A program made the position numbers and the translations under genes. Below are positions 38,557-47,735 of a stretch of 64,000 bases of DNA, one piece after another. Where the stretch lies: positions 2,625,510-2,689,509 of the forward strand of contig OY969787.1 in the NCBI GenBank assembly GCA_963703095.1, read 5' to 3'. Each line of letters opens with the position of its first letter. The first letter of the stretch is position 1. The DNA comes from an uncultured Actinomycetes bacterium (GTDB lineage: Bacteria; Actinomycetota; Thermoleophilia; Gaiellales; Gaiellaceae). The notes under the pieces were generated by a model, which was not told where the DNA came from, did no database searches, and saw only the letters and a program-made list of their open reading frames with translations.

Positions 38557-38627
38557 GATCGGGGGATGGTAGCGCCGCGCGGTTAGGAAATTGGACGGAT
38601 TCCGCGGGCGCCCGGCTGCGCCGACAT

Positions 38628-39608
38628 CTATGACCCGAGACGGCGCACGCGCTCGACCAGGCCCGCCACGCCACGCGGCAGCAGGAACATCGTCACGATC
38701 AGGACCGCGCCGTACACGATCGCCGGCGCCCCCGGCGAGCGCGACACCTCCTGCGCCCACAGGGGCAGGAACTGGATGAAGATCGCGCCTGCGAGGAGCC
38801 CGGTGAGCGAGCCGAGCCCGCCGACGACCACGCCGACGAGCAGGAAGATCGAGAGCGCGACGGGGAAGGCGTCCGGGTTGACGAAGGTGGTGGCGATCGC
38901 GAACAGCGAGCCGGCGACCCCGGCGTACGCGGCGCTCACCGCGAACGCGAACGTCTTCAGCCGCGGCAGCGAGATCCCGGCCGACTGCGCGGCGGTCTCG
39001 CTGTCGCGGATCGCCCGCAGCGCGAGCCCCGTGCGACCGCGGAGGAGGAGCCAGGCGACGACGTAGAGGACGAGCGCGGTCGTCCAGCAGAGCGCGTACA
39101 GCCAGTTGTTGAAGTTGAGCGAGAGGCCGAGGATCTCGACCGGGGTGAGCGAGGCGGTGAGCTCCGGCGTCCCGAACAGGTTGATCCCGGAGCCGCCGCC
39201 GGTGAACCCCTCGAACTTCTTGATCACCGACGGCATCGCCACCGCGACCGCGAACGTCGCGAGCGCGAGGTAGAGCCCCGACATCCGCAGCGCCGGGATG
39301 CCGAACAGGAAGCCGACGACGCCGGTGACGAGCGCCGCGATCGGGATCGTCCAGATGTCCTTGACCCCGTGGTCGGCCATCAGGATCGCGGTCGTGTAGC
39401 CGCCGACCGCCATGAACGCGCCGTGGCCGAGCGAGATCTGACCCGCATAGCCCGTGAGCACGTTGAGGCCGATCAGCGCGATCAGGTAGATCGCGACGTA
39501 GGCGAGCTGCTGCGCGCGGAAGTCCGAGACGAAGAGCGGGAGCAGGGCGACCACGGCGACGAGGACTGCGAACCCGCCCAGCGGGGCTGCGAGGGTGCGC
39601 CGACTCAT
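38628..39608 (-). CDS. livM: branched-chain amino acid ABC transporter permease (LivM-like)
   Basis: The translation shows ..AYVAIYLIALIGLNVLTGYAGQISLGHGAFMAVGGY... The ATG at 39608 forms an ATGA overlap with the livH stop. Confidence 0.88.
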   Translation of the reverse strand: MSRRTLAAPLGGFAVLVAVVALLPLFVSDFRAQQLAYVAIYLIALIGLNVLTGYAGQISLGHGAFMAVGGYTTAILMADHGVKDIWTIPIAALVTGVVGFLFGIPALRMSGLYLALATFAVAVAMPSVIKKFEGFTGGGSGINLFGTPELTASLTPVEILGLSLNFNNWLYALCWTTALVLYVVAWLLLRGRTGLALRAIRDSETAAQSAGISLPRLKTFAFAVSAAYAGVAGSLFAIATTFVNPDAFPVALSIFLLVGVVVGGLGSLTGLLAGAIFIQFLPLWAQEVSRSPGAPAIVYGAVLIVTMFLLPRGVAGLVERVRRLGS

Positions 39609-40489
39609 ACCTTCGCCACCTCCCGACGGCCGAACAGCCCGGACGGACGGACGAGCAGGACGACGAGGATCACGACGAGCGCAGCCGGCAGGCGCAGATC
39701 GGCGCCGACGACGTCCACGTACGTCCCGATCAGGTTCAGCACCACGCCGAGGAGGAGCCCCCCGACCACCGCGCCGAGCGGTGAGTCGATCCCTCCGAGC
39801 ACGGCCGCCGCGAACGCGTACAGCAGGATCGCGGCCATCATGTTCGGGTCGAGGAACACGGTCGGCGCGGCGAGCATCCCGCTGATCGCGCCGAGCACCG
39901 CCGCGAGCCCCCAGCCGAGCGAGAGCATCCACGCGACCCGCACCCCGACGAGCCGCGCCTCGGTCGGGTTCACGGCCGCAGCGCGCATCGCGAGGCCGAC
40001 GCGCGTGTACTGGAAGAGCGCCCACAGGACGACGACGGTGACCAGCACGACCGCGATCGTGCCGAGGTCCTGCACCGAGATCGCGACGCCCGCGATGTCG
40101 ATCGTCCGCGACGGGAAGGGGCTCTCGACCGCGCGCACCTCGCCCGACCAGATCAGCGTGACGAGCCCGTTCAGGATCAGGAGCAGCCCGATCGTGACGA
40201 TCACGACCCTGAGCACGGAGCCGCGCTCGATCGGCCTGATCAGCACCTGGTGCACGGCCACGCCACCGCCGAACGAGAGCGCGAGCGCCGCTGCGAAGGC
40301 CGGCCAGTACGACCAGCCGTGGTTGGTGGAGAGCGTCCAGGCGATGTACGTCGAGAAGGTCGCCATCTCCCCCTGCGCGAAGTTGATCACGCCCGTCGCG
40401 CGATGGATGAGGACGATCGCCAGCGCGAGCGACGCGTAGATGGAGCCCGACGCGAGCCCCGAGACGACCTGCTGGAAGAAGTCCTGCAC
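39605..40489 (-). CDS. livH: branched-chain amino acid ABC transporter permease (LivH-like)
   Basis: The N-terminus is MQDFFQQVVSGLASGSIYASLALAIVLIHRATGVINFAQGEMATF. The ORF is 294 aa and polytopic. Confidence 0.9.
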   Translation of the reverse strand: MQDFFQQVVSGLASGSIYASLALAIVLIHRATGVINFAQGEMATFSTYIAWTLSTNHGWSYWPAFAAALALSFGGGVAVHQVLIRPIERGSVLRVVIVTIGLLLILNGLVTLIWSGEVRAVESPFPSRTIDIAGVAISVQDLGTIAVVLVTVVVLWALFQYTRVGLAMRAAAVNPTEARLVGVRVAWMLSLGWGLAAVLGAISGMLAAPTVFLDPNMMAAILLYAFAAAVLGGIDSPLGAVVGGLLLGVVLNLIGTYVDVVGADLRLPAALVVILVVLLVRPSGLFGRREVAKV

Positions 40490-40493
40490 CTCG

Positions 40494-41207
40494 TCAGTAC
40501 CCCAGGTAGCTCCGCCGGATGGCCTCGTCGTCGAGGAGCTCGGCGCTCGAGCCGGCGAGCGCGACGCGCCCCACCTCGAGCACGTACGCGGACGAGGCGG
40601 CGTCGAGCGCTGTGCGGGCGTCCTGCTCGACGACGAGCACGGTCAGCCCCTCCTGCTCGTTGAGCTCCTTGACGATCCGAAAGATCTCGCGCACGACCAT
40701 CGGGGCGAGGCCGAGCGACGGCTCGTCGAGCAGCAGGAGGCGCGGGTGCGCCATCAGCGCCCGTGCCAGCGCGAGCATCTGCTGCTCGCCGCCGGAGAGG
40801 GTGCCCGCGCGCTGATCTGCCCGCTCGACCACCCAGGGGAACCAGCCGGCGACCCGCTCGATGTCGGCCTTCACGTCGCGCCTCCCGCGCGTGTAGGCGC
40901 CCAGGCGCAGGTTCTCCATCACATCGAGCTCCGTGAACGTGCCGCGCCGCTCCGGGACGTGGGCGACCCCTGCCTTGGCGACCGCCTCGGGCCCGCCCCG
41001 CAGCGGCTTGCCCGCGAAGCGGATCTCGCCGCTGCGGCGCACCATCCCGGAGATCGCGCGCAGCGTCGTCGTCTTGCCCGCGCCGTTGGCGCCGAGCACC
41101 GCGACGACCGCCCCTTCCGGCACCTCGAGCGAGACGCCGTGCAGCGCCTGCACCGCGCCGTAGCGCGCCTCGACGTCGACGAGCTCGAGCAGCGGAGCGG
41201 CGCTCAC
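40494..41207 (-). CDS. livF: ABC transporter ATP-binding protein (LivF-like)
   Basis: It has a Walker A (GANGAGKTT), the signature LSGGEQQML and a Walker B (LLLLDEPS). Confidence 0.9.
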   Translation of the reverse strand: MSAAPLLELVDVEARYGAVQALHGVSLEVPEGAVVAVLGANGAGKTTTLRAISGMVRRSGEIRFAGKPLRGGPEAVAKAGVAHVPERRGTFTELDVMENLRLGAYTRGRRDVKADIERVAGWFPWVVERADQRAGTLSGGEQQMLALARALMAHPRLLLLDEPSLGLAPMVVREIFRIVKELNEQEGLTVLVVEQDARTALDAASSAYVLEVGRVALAGSSAELLDDEAIRRSYLGY

Positions 41208-41923
41208 AGCTCCGCCCCGAGGTACGCCTCGATCACGGCCGGGTCGTTGCGCACCTCGTCGGGGACGCCGCTCGCGATCCGGCGCCCGAAGCTGAGCACG
41301 TTGACGTGGTCGGAGACGCGCATGACGAGGCCCATGTGGTGCTCGACGAGCAGGATCGTCAGGTCGCGCTCGTCCCGCAGCCGCAGGATGAAGTCGCCGA
41401 GCTCCGCGACCTCCTCGTGGTTCAGCCCGCCGGCCGGCTCGTCGAGGAGCAGGAGCCGGGGCGACGCCATCAGCGCGCGGGCGATCTCGACCCGCTTCTG
41501 GATGCCGTACGGAAGCGAGAGCGCCCGTTCGTCGGCTCGGCCGTCGAGACCGACGTACGCGAGCGTCTCACGTGCCTGCTCGACGCCCACGTGCCGGCCG
41601 CGGGCGTACCCGCCGACCAGCACGTTCTCGAGCACCGACATCGACGAGAAGAGGTTGATGTTCTGGAAGGTCCGGGCCACACCGCGCTGTGCGACGCCGT
41701 GCGGCGGCGCGTCGAGCAGCGAGCGCCCGTCGAGCTCGACCACGCCGTCGTCGGGCGTGTAGAGGCGCGTGATCACGTTGAAGGCGGTCGTCTTGCCTGC
41801 CCCGTTCGGGCCGATCAGCCCGGAGACCGTGCCCGCGCCGACGTCGAACGAGATCCCGTCGAGGGCGACGATCCCGCCGAAGCGGAGGCTGACGTCGCGA
41901 ACCGAGAGGAGCGGAACCGCCAC
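41204..41923 (-). CDS. livG: ABC transporter ATP-binding protein (LivG-like)
   Basis: It has a Walker A (GPNGAGKTT), LPYGIQKRVEIARAL and LLLLDEPAGGL. I infer the start at GTG 41923 (VAVPLLSVRDV). The ORF-track start at 42250 adds a non-coding-looking extension. Confidence 0.85.
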   Translation of the reverse strand: MAVPLLSVRDVSLRFGGIVALDGISFDVGAGTVSGLIGPNGAGKTTAFNVITRLYTPDDGVVELDGRSLLDAPPHGVAQRGVARTFQNINLFSSMSVLENVLVGGYARGRHVGVEQARETLAYVGLDGRADERALSLPYGIQKRVEIARALMASPRLLLLDEPAGGLNHEEVAELGDFILRLRDERDLTILLVEHHMGLVMRVSDHVNVLSFGRRIASGVPDEVRNDPAVIEAYLGAEL

Positions 41924-41953
41924 GGGGCAGGAGCGTACTGGACCTGTCCGCAG

Positions 41954-41981
41954 GCGGGAATCCGCAGAAGCGGATTCCCGC
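41954..41981 (-). promoter_or_regulatory. perfect 12-bp hairpin about 30 nt upstream of livG
   Basis: gcgggaatccgc-agaa-gcggattcccgc lies within a 350-nt untranslated region that contains several further GC hairpins. Confidence 0.35.
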
Positions 41982-42180
41982 GCGGGGAATCCCCGGGTCC
42001 GGCTTCGCCGGACGCGGGGCAGATCCCTGAAGAGCGCCCGCCCGCGGGCGCGCTTGGACGAGACGCCGCGCTCGCCCAGTCGAGCGTCAGCAGTCGGACG
42101 ACCTGTCCCGCAGACCGGACACACGGATCGCGACACCAGTGCAAGGCTCGCCCCGCTCCGACCGACCTCCAACGTCGTAG

Positions 42181-42200
42181 GGGCCGGGCATGCCCGGCCC
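42181..42200 (-). terminator. palindromic hairpin downstream of the MoxR-VWA operon
   Basis: gggccgggcatgcccggccc is a perfect 20-bp palindrome, giving an 8-bp stem with a CAUG loop. It lies about 75 nt past the stop at 42275. Confidence 0.4.
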
Positions 42201-42274
42201 GGCTGTCGGCCCAGGGGTGCATCGGGGGATGCGACCCGCCGGCGACCCAAGGACGCCCTGACCGCGCGACGGCG

Positions 42275-43267
42275 TCAGGGGAGCCGCGGGGCGCCGAGCG
42301 CGCCCGCCAGGAGCGCAGCCGCGGCGAGCGCCGCACCGGCGGCGAGGAAGACCGCGGTCACCTCGCGCGGGGCGGCCTCGCGGCCCACGCGCGAGCCGAG
42401 CCCCGAGTACACGCGCGAGAGCGCCTCGGAGCTCTCGGCGTCGAACGACTCGCCGTCCGTGTAGTCGGCGATCGCCGCGAGCGTCTCGCGGTCGGGAGGC
42501 ACGGGCACCGTCTGCTTCTGCCCGGCCGGCCCGACGAGGATCGTGCCCTCCTCGGTGCCGAGCGCGATCGTGTAGACGGGGATGCCGGCGCGCTTCGCGA
42601 GATCGGCGCCCTGACCCGGCGTGAGCACGCCGCGGGTTTGCGAGCCGTCGGAGAGCAGCAGGACGGCCGCGAGCGCCTTCCCCTCCTCGTCGCGCACCGG
42701 CGCGCTCTCGGCCTGCCCCTCGACGCGCGTGCTCGTCTGCACGAGCTCCACCGCTCGGGCGATGCCGTCACCGATCGCCGTCCCGAGCCCCGGGGTCAGC
42801 ACGGCGATCCCGGTGCGCAGCTGCTCTCGATCGTCGGTCGGGACGACGACCACCTGGGCGTCGTCGGAGAACGCCACGACGCCGACGCGCAGCTGGTCAG
42901 GGATGGTCTCCGCGAAGGTCTCCATCGCCGTCTGCGCCGCGCGGAGGCGAGACGGCTTGACGTCCGTCGCACGCATCGAGCCGGACACGTCGACGACGAG
43001 CACGACGGTCGCGCGCTCGCTCGGCTGCTGGACCGTCCAGGTCGGCCGGGCGACGGCGACGCAGAGCACGCCGAGCGCCGCGAGCAGCAGCGCGGCGGGC
43101 ACGTGCTGGCGCCAGGAGCGACCTCGGTCGACGACGCTCGCGAGCACGTCGAGGTTCGTGTAGCTCACCGCATAGCGCGAGGCACGGCGCTGCGCCACCC
43201 AGTACCAGACCGCTGCGAGCGGCACGAGCGCGAGCGCGACCAGCAGGTACGGGGCCTCGAAGCTCAT
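42275..43267 (-). CDS. VWA domain-containing protein (BatA/BatB-like), second copy
   Basis: It has N-terminal TM segments and a MIDAS motif (VVLVVDVSGSM). The ATG at 43267 forms an ATGA overlap with the upstream stop. Confidence 0.85.
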   Translation of the reverse strand: MSFEAPYLLVALALVPLAAVWYWVAQRRASRYAVSYTNLDVLASVVDRGRSWRQHVPAALLLAALGVLCVAVARPTWTVQQPSERATVVLVVDVSGSMRATDVKPSRLRAAQTAMETFAETIPDQLRVGVVAFSDDAQVVVVPTDDREQLRTGIAVLTPGLGTAIGDGIARAVELVQTSTRVEGQAESAPVRDEEGKALAAVLLLSDGSQTRGVLTPGQGADLAKRAGIPVYTIALGTEEGTILVGPAGQKQTVPVPPDRETLAAIADYTDGESFDAESSEALSRVYSGLGSRVGREAAPREVTAVFLAAGAALAAAALLAGALGAPRLP

Positions 43268-43992
43268 CCGGCTCCCCTCGCGCACACGGCGTGCACCTGG
43301 ACGAGCACCGGCACCGTGCGCGGCGCCGTGGCGGCGAGGGACGCGACGACGCGCACGGACGTCGAGCCGACCGTCTGCCGCGTGGAGATGCCGCTCACCA
43401 GCGCCCGCGTCGGCGGCGCCGGCGTGCGGAACGCGACGGCGTGGCCGGCGGCCACGACGCGGTGGCCCACGGGGCAGGTGGAGGTGATGGTGCGCGTGCG
43501 CCCCGATGCCAGCCTGGCGACGGCCACCTCCCGCGTGAACGGCGCGCCCGGCTTCACGACCGCGCTGCGCGCACCGCTCGACGTCTGGGCCCGCCCACCG
43601 CCGCCCTCGAGCGGGATGCAGCCGATCGCCGGCTTGAACGCCGTCGCCACTCCCCGGCGCGTGGCGGAGCGAGCCGTGAAGACGAGCGCGCGACGGGTCG
43701 TCACGCCAGGCGCGACCGGGCTGCCGCTCTCCCCTCGGACGCTCACGTCGATGCCGCGGTCGGTCACCCTGCTGTCGACGCCGCCGACCACGTACCCGGG
43801 AAGCGGGCAGCGCAGCTCCCACTCGACGGTGGCGAGACTCCCGGTCGGCGCGGGAGGGACCACCACCCACGGGCCGACGACGGGGACGCACTCGTCGAGC
43901 CCCCGGCACTCGTCGAGCGCCTGCGCGGTGCCCGGGGCGACCAGCGCGACCACCGCGAGCGCGAGCCCCGCGACCAGGCGGCGGATGCTCAC
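43264..43992 (-). CDS. uncharacterised secreted protein embedded in the MoxR-VWA operon
   Basis: This 242-aa ORF has a signal peptide (MSIRRLVAGLALAVVALVAPGTAQA) and six Cys residues, and I recognise no motif in it. It is coupled on both sides, by GTGA at its start and ATGA at its end. Confidence 0.6.
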   Translation of the reverse strand: MSIRRLVAGLALAVVALVAPGTAQALDECRGLDECVPVVGPWVVVPPAPTGSLATVEWELRCPLPGYVVGGVDSRVTDRGIDVSVRGESGSPVAPGVTTRRALVFTARSATRRGVATAFKPAIGCIPLEGGGGRAQTSSGARSAVVKPGAPFTREVAVARLASGRTRTITSTCPVGHRVVAAGHAVAFRTPAPPTRALVSGISTRQTVGSTSVRVVASLAATAPRTVPVLVQVHAVCARGAG

Positions 43993-44969
43993 AGCGCCCT
44001 CCGGAACCAGGTCGTCGACAGGGCGCCCCCGATCAGGAGCACGAGCGCACCGCCGGCGGCGAACGCCGACGTCACCTCCACGCTCGTCGTCTCCTGCGCG
44101 AGCCGCGTCCCGAGCTCTTCGTACACCTGCCGCAGGCGCTCGGGATCGAGCGCCTCCTCGAACGTGCCGCCGGTGGCGGCGGCCACCCGCCGGAGCGTCT
44201 GGGCGTCGGGTGGGACCGTGACGCGCTCCGTGAGCCCGTTCCCCAGCGGCACCTCGACGACCGCGTCGCGTGTCCCGAGCGCGACGGTGCTGACGGGGAT
44301 CCCGAGCTGGCGCGCCGTCTCCGCGGCCTCGAGCGGGCTCACGCCCTCGGCGGTCTGTGCGCCGTCGGAGAGCAGGAGCACCGCCGCTGGGGGTCGCGTC
44401 GTCCCGGAGTCGGATCGCGCCACCGCGTCGTCGGCCACCTCCGTGAGCTGCAGCGAGCGGACGATCGCCTCGCCGATCGCCGTGCCGGAGCCAGGTCGGA
44501 GCTCCTGGAGGGCCGCCCGCGCCGCCTCCCGGTCGCGGGTCGGCGGCAGGACGGCGTCCGCCGAGTTCGAGAAGGAGACGATCCCGACGCGGTAGTTGTC
44601 GGGGGCGGCGTCGAGCAGGGCCTCGATCGCGGTCTTCGCCGCCGCGAGCCGGTTCGGTGCGACGTCGTCGGCAGCCATCGAGCGCGACGTGTCCACGGCG
44701 AGCACGATCGTCGCCTCGTCCACCGTGGTCGTGCGGTCGACGTGTGGACGGGCGATGCCGACGACGAGCAGCGCGAGCGCGAGCAGCACCAGCAGCGCCG
44801 GGACGTGGCGCCTGCGCCCCGGGCGGTCGCCCACGAGGTTCGGCTGCAGTGCGGGTGTCGCGAACGCGGCCGAGCTGCGGCGCCGGCGACGGTCGACCAT
44901 CCGGTAGGCGAGCGCCACGACCGGGACGAGCGCGAGCAGGGCCAGGGCGATCGGCGTGGCGAAGCTCAC
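43989..44969 (-). CDS. VWA domain-containing protein (BatA/BatB-like), first copy
   Basis: It has N-terminal TM segments and a MIDAS motif (IVLAVDTSRSM). The GTG at 44969 is preceded by GGAGGG and forms a GTGA overlap with the DUF58 stop. Confidence 0.85.
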   Translation of the reverse strand: MSFATPIALALLALVPVVALAYRMVDRRRRRSSAAFATPALQPNLVGDRPGRRRHVPALLVLLALALLVVGIARPHVDRTTTVDEATIVLAVDTSRSMAADDVAPNRLAAAKTAIEALLDAAPDNYRVGIVSFSNSADAVLPPTRDREAARAALQELRPGSGTAIGEAIVRSLQLTEVADDAVARSDSGTTRPPAAVLLLSDGAQTAEGVSPLEAAETARQLGIPVSTVALGTRDAVVEVPLGNGLTERVTVPPDAQTLRRVAAATGGTFEEALDPERLRQVYEELGTRLAQETTSVEVTSAFAAGGALVLLIGGALSTTWFRRAL

Positions 44970-45898
44970 GCCGCCCTCCGCCGCAGGAAGCCGGCGAGCT
45001 CGCGGAGCCAGTCTCCTTCTGTGTCGAGCACGACGTGCGCGACGCCGGCGGACGCCAGCGCGTCCGCGACGCCTCGTCGCTCTCGGGCCGCCGCCTCCGC
45101 GAACCGCCCGCGCAGCCGCGCGTCGTCGGTGTCGACGCGCAGGCGACGACCCGTCTCGGGGTCGACGAGGTGGAGCACTCCGGCGGGGACGAGCTCCTGC
45201 TCGCGCGGGTCGCGGATCTCGACGGCGAGCACCTCGTGCCTGCCGGCCAGCTCGAGCACGGCCCGCTGCCAGTCCAGGGGCCCGCGGAAGTCCGAGACGA
45301 CCGTCACGAGCGCGCGCTGCCGGGCGGCTGCGGCGAGCCGCCCGAGCGACACCGACAGGCCGGGGCCCGCCTCGGACGACGGCTCGTGCGCGTCTCGCAG
45401 CGCGAGCAGCAGCCCGACGAGGCCTGCGCGTCCCTGGCGGGGAGGGACGACGTGCTCCTCCCTGCCACCGAAGCCGAGCATCCCGACACGGTTGCCGCGC
45501 ACGCTGGCGGCGTGGCCGAGGGCGAGGGCGACCCCGAGCGCGACGTCGGCCTTGCGTCGGTCGGCTGTGCCGAAGCTCATCGACGGCGACGCGTCGAGCG
45601 CGATCCACGTCACGAGCACGCGCTCGGCCAGGTGCACCCGTACGTGCGGCTCGCCGGTGCGCGCGGTCACGTTCCAGTCGATCAGGCGGACGTCGTCCCC
45701 CGGCGTGTACGGCCGGACCTGCGCGAGCTCCGTGCCGCGGCCGAGCAGCGACGAGCGGTGGTCGCCCGCCAGCATGCCGTCCACGCGTCGTCCGATCGTC
45801 AGCTCGAGCGCGCGCAGGAGCGGCTCCGGGAGCGGGCCCGGCCCGGGGCGTTCCGGGGTCGGCTCGACCCCGAGCGCTCCGAGGGGCGTCGACCTCAT
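44966..45898 (-). CDS. DUF58 domain-containing protein
   Basis: GDHRSSLLGRGTELAQVRPYTPGDDVRLIDWNVTARTGEPHVR is the DUF58 signature. The ATG at 45898 forms an ATGA overlap with the moxR stop. Confidence 0.85.
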   Translation of the reverse strand: MRSTPLGALGVEPTPERPGPGPLPEPLLRALELTIGRRVDGMLAGDHRSSLLGRGTELAQVRPYTPGDDVRLIDWNVTARTGEPHVRVHLAERVLVTWIALDASPSMSFGTADRRKADVALGVALALGHAASVRGNRVGMLGFGGREEHVVPPRQGRAGLVGLLLALRDAHEPSSEAGPGLSVSLGRLAAAARQRALVTVVSDFRGPLDWQRAVLELAGRHEVLAVEIRDPREQELVPAGVLHLVDPETGRRLRVDTDDARLRGRFAEAAARERRGVADALASAGVAHVVLDTEGDWLRELAGFLRRRAA

Positions 45899-46905
45899 GC
45901 GGCCGCGGGTCTCCCCAGCTCGAGCCGTGGCTGCGGCGTGGCTGCGATCACCGCGTCGAGCACGTCGTCGGCCGTCCGCTCTTCGGCGAGCGCCTGGTAC
46001 GTGAGCACGAGCCGATGGCGCAGCGCGTCCTTCACGAGGGCCCGGATGTCGACCGCCGTGACGTAGTCCCGGCCGTGGACGAGCGCGAGCGCGCGCGCCG
46101 CCTGGACGAGCGCGATCGGTCCGCGAGGGCTGGCGCCGTAGGCGACGAGCGGTGCGACCTCGGGGATCCCGACGGAGGCCGGGTCGCGCGTCGCCGCCGC
46201 GAGGCTCACCGCGTAGCTGACGATCCCCGGGTCGACGTACACGTCGCGCACGCCTCGCTGCAGCGCGCGCAGCTCGTCGAGCGAGAGCACCTCTCGCACC
46301 ACGGGGAGGACGTCGAGCGAGCGATGCACGACGGTCAGCTCCTCGTCGCGCTCGGGATACCCGACGAGCACCTTGAGCATGAAGCGGTCGACCTGCGCCT
46401 CCGGGAGCGGGTACGTGCCCTCGGACTCGATCGGGTTCTGCGTCGCCATCACGAGGAACGGGTCGGGCACGCGATGCGTGTCGTGACCGATCGTGACCTG
46501 CTTCTCCTGCATCACCTCGAGGAGCGCCGACTGCACCTTCGCGGGCGCGCGGTTGATCTCGTCGGCGAGCAGGAAGTTGCAGAACACCGGGCCGAGATCG
46601 GTCTCGAAGCCGCCGAGGTCGGGGCGGTAGACGCGCGTGCCGACGAGGTCGGAGGGGACCAGGTCGGGCGTGAACTGCACCCGACGGAACGTCCCTCCGA
46701 GCACCTCGGCGGTCGTCTTGATCGTCAGCGTCTTGGCGAGGCCCGGCACACCCTCGATCAGGAGATGCCCGCCCGCGACGAGGCAGACGAGCACGCGCTC
46801 GAGCATCTCGTCCTGACCGGCGATGACGCGCTTCACCTCGACGAGCGCCTCCTCGAGGCGCTCGCGCGGCTCGGGCGCCTGCGGCTCGGTGTCGGCTGCG
46901 GACAT
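45895..46905 (-). CDS. MoxR-family AAA+ ATPase
   Basis: The translation shows HLLIEGVPGLAKT (Walker A), FLLADEINRAPAKVQSALLEVMQE and ATQNPIESEGTYPLPEAQVDRF. Confidence 0.93.
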   Translation of the reverse strand: MSAADTEPQAPEPRERLEEALVEVKRVIAGQDEMLERVLVCLVAGGHLLIEGVPGLAKTLTIKTTAEVLGGTFRRVQFTPDLVPSDLVGTRVYRPDLGGFETDLGPVFCNFLLADEINRAPAKVQSALLEVMQEKQVTIGHDTHRVPDPFLVMATQNPIESEGTYPLPEAQVDRFMLKVLVGYPERDEELTVVHRSLDVLPVVREVLSLDELRALQRGVRDVYVDPGIVSYAVSLAAATRDPASVGIPEVAPLVAYGASPRGPIALVQAARALALVHGRDYVTAVDIRALVKDALRHRLVLTYQALAEERTADDVLDAVIAATPQPRLELGRPAAA

Positions 46906-47099
46906 GCGCTTCCTCCCTCGGCGGACGACGACGGGCGGCCACGGAGGCCGTCCGCCGATCGTAGACAGGGGCTGCGGCCGGACGGGTTACGCCGTCGTTA
47001 ACGGGGCAGGGCCACGGAAGACGGGCAGGGCCGGCAGCACGCCGGCGGAGCCGGACGAGGAGGCACCGGGCCATCAGCGCCGGCCGGGCAAGCTCCGCC

Positions 47100-47735
47100 C
47101 TACAGGAGCTTGCGGCGGGCGGCCCAGGTCGCGAGCTCGTTGCGGCTCGAGAGCTGGAGCTTGCGCAGCACCGACGAGGCGTGCGTCTCGACCGTCTTGA
47201 TCGAGATCGACAGGCGGCGGGCGATCTCCTTGTACGCGTAGCCCCGGGCGAGGAGCCGCATCACCTCCCGCTCCCGGGCGGTGAGCCTGTCGAGCTCCGG
47301 ATCGAGCGTGTGCGGAGGCTCGGTCGCGAAGGCGTCGAGCACGAAGCCCGCGAGGCGCGGCGAGAAGACGGCGTCGCCCGCGGCCACGCGCTCGATCGCG
47401 AGCACGAGGTCGTCGGCCGAGATCGCCTTCGTGACGTAGCCGCGCGCTCCCGCCCGGATCACCCCGACGACGTCCTCGGCGGCGTCCGAGACGGAGAGCG
47501 CCAGGAACACGGTCTCGACGCCCTGCTCGAGCGCGCCTGCGATCACGGCGGGGCCATCGCCCCCGGGCAGGTGGACGTCGAGCAGGACGACGTCGGGCCG
47601 CTCCCGGGCGATCACCTCGACGGCCTCGAGCACGTCCCCCGCCTCGCCGACCACGGCGACGCGCCCGGCCAGCTCCGCGCGGACGCCCGCGCGGACGAGC
47701 TCGTGATCGTCCACGACGACGACCCGGAGCATCAC
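47100..47735 (-). CDS. NarL/LuxR-family response regulator
   Basis: It has a receiver domain (VVVVDDHELVR...VVLLDVHLPGGDG) and a LuxR HTH (LTAREREVMRLLARGYAYKEIARRLSISIKTVETH). Confidence 0.92.
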   Translation of the reverse strand: MMLRVVVVDDHELVRAGVRAELAGRVAVVGEAGDVLEAVEVIARERPDVVLLDVHLPGGDGPAVIAGALEQGVETVFLALSVSDAAEDVVGVIRAGARGYVTKAISADDLVLAIERVAAGDAVFSPRLAGFVLDAFATEPPHTLDPELDRLTAREREVMRLLARGYAYKEIARRLSISIKTVETHASSVLRKLQLSSRNELATWAARRKLL

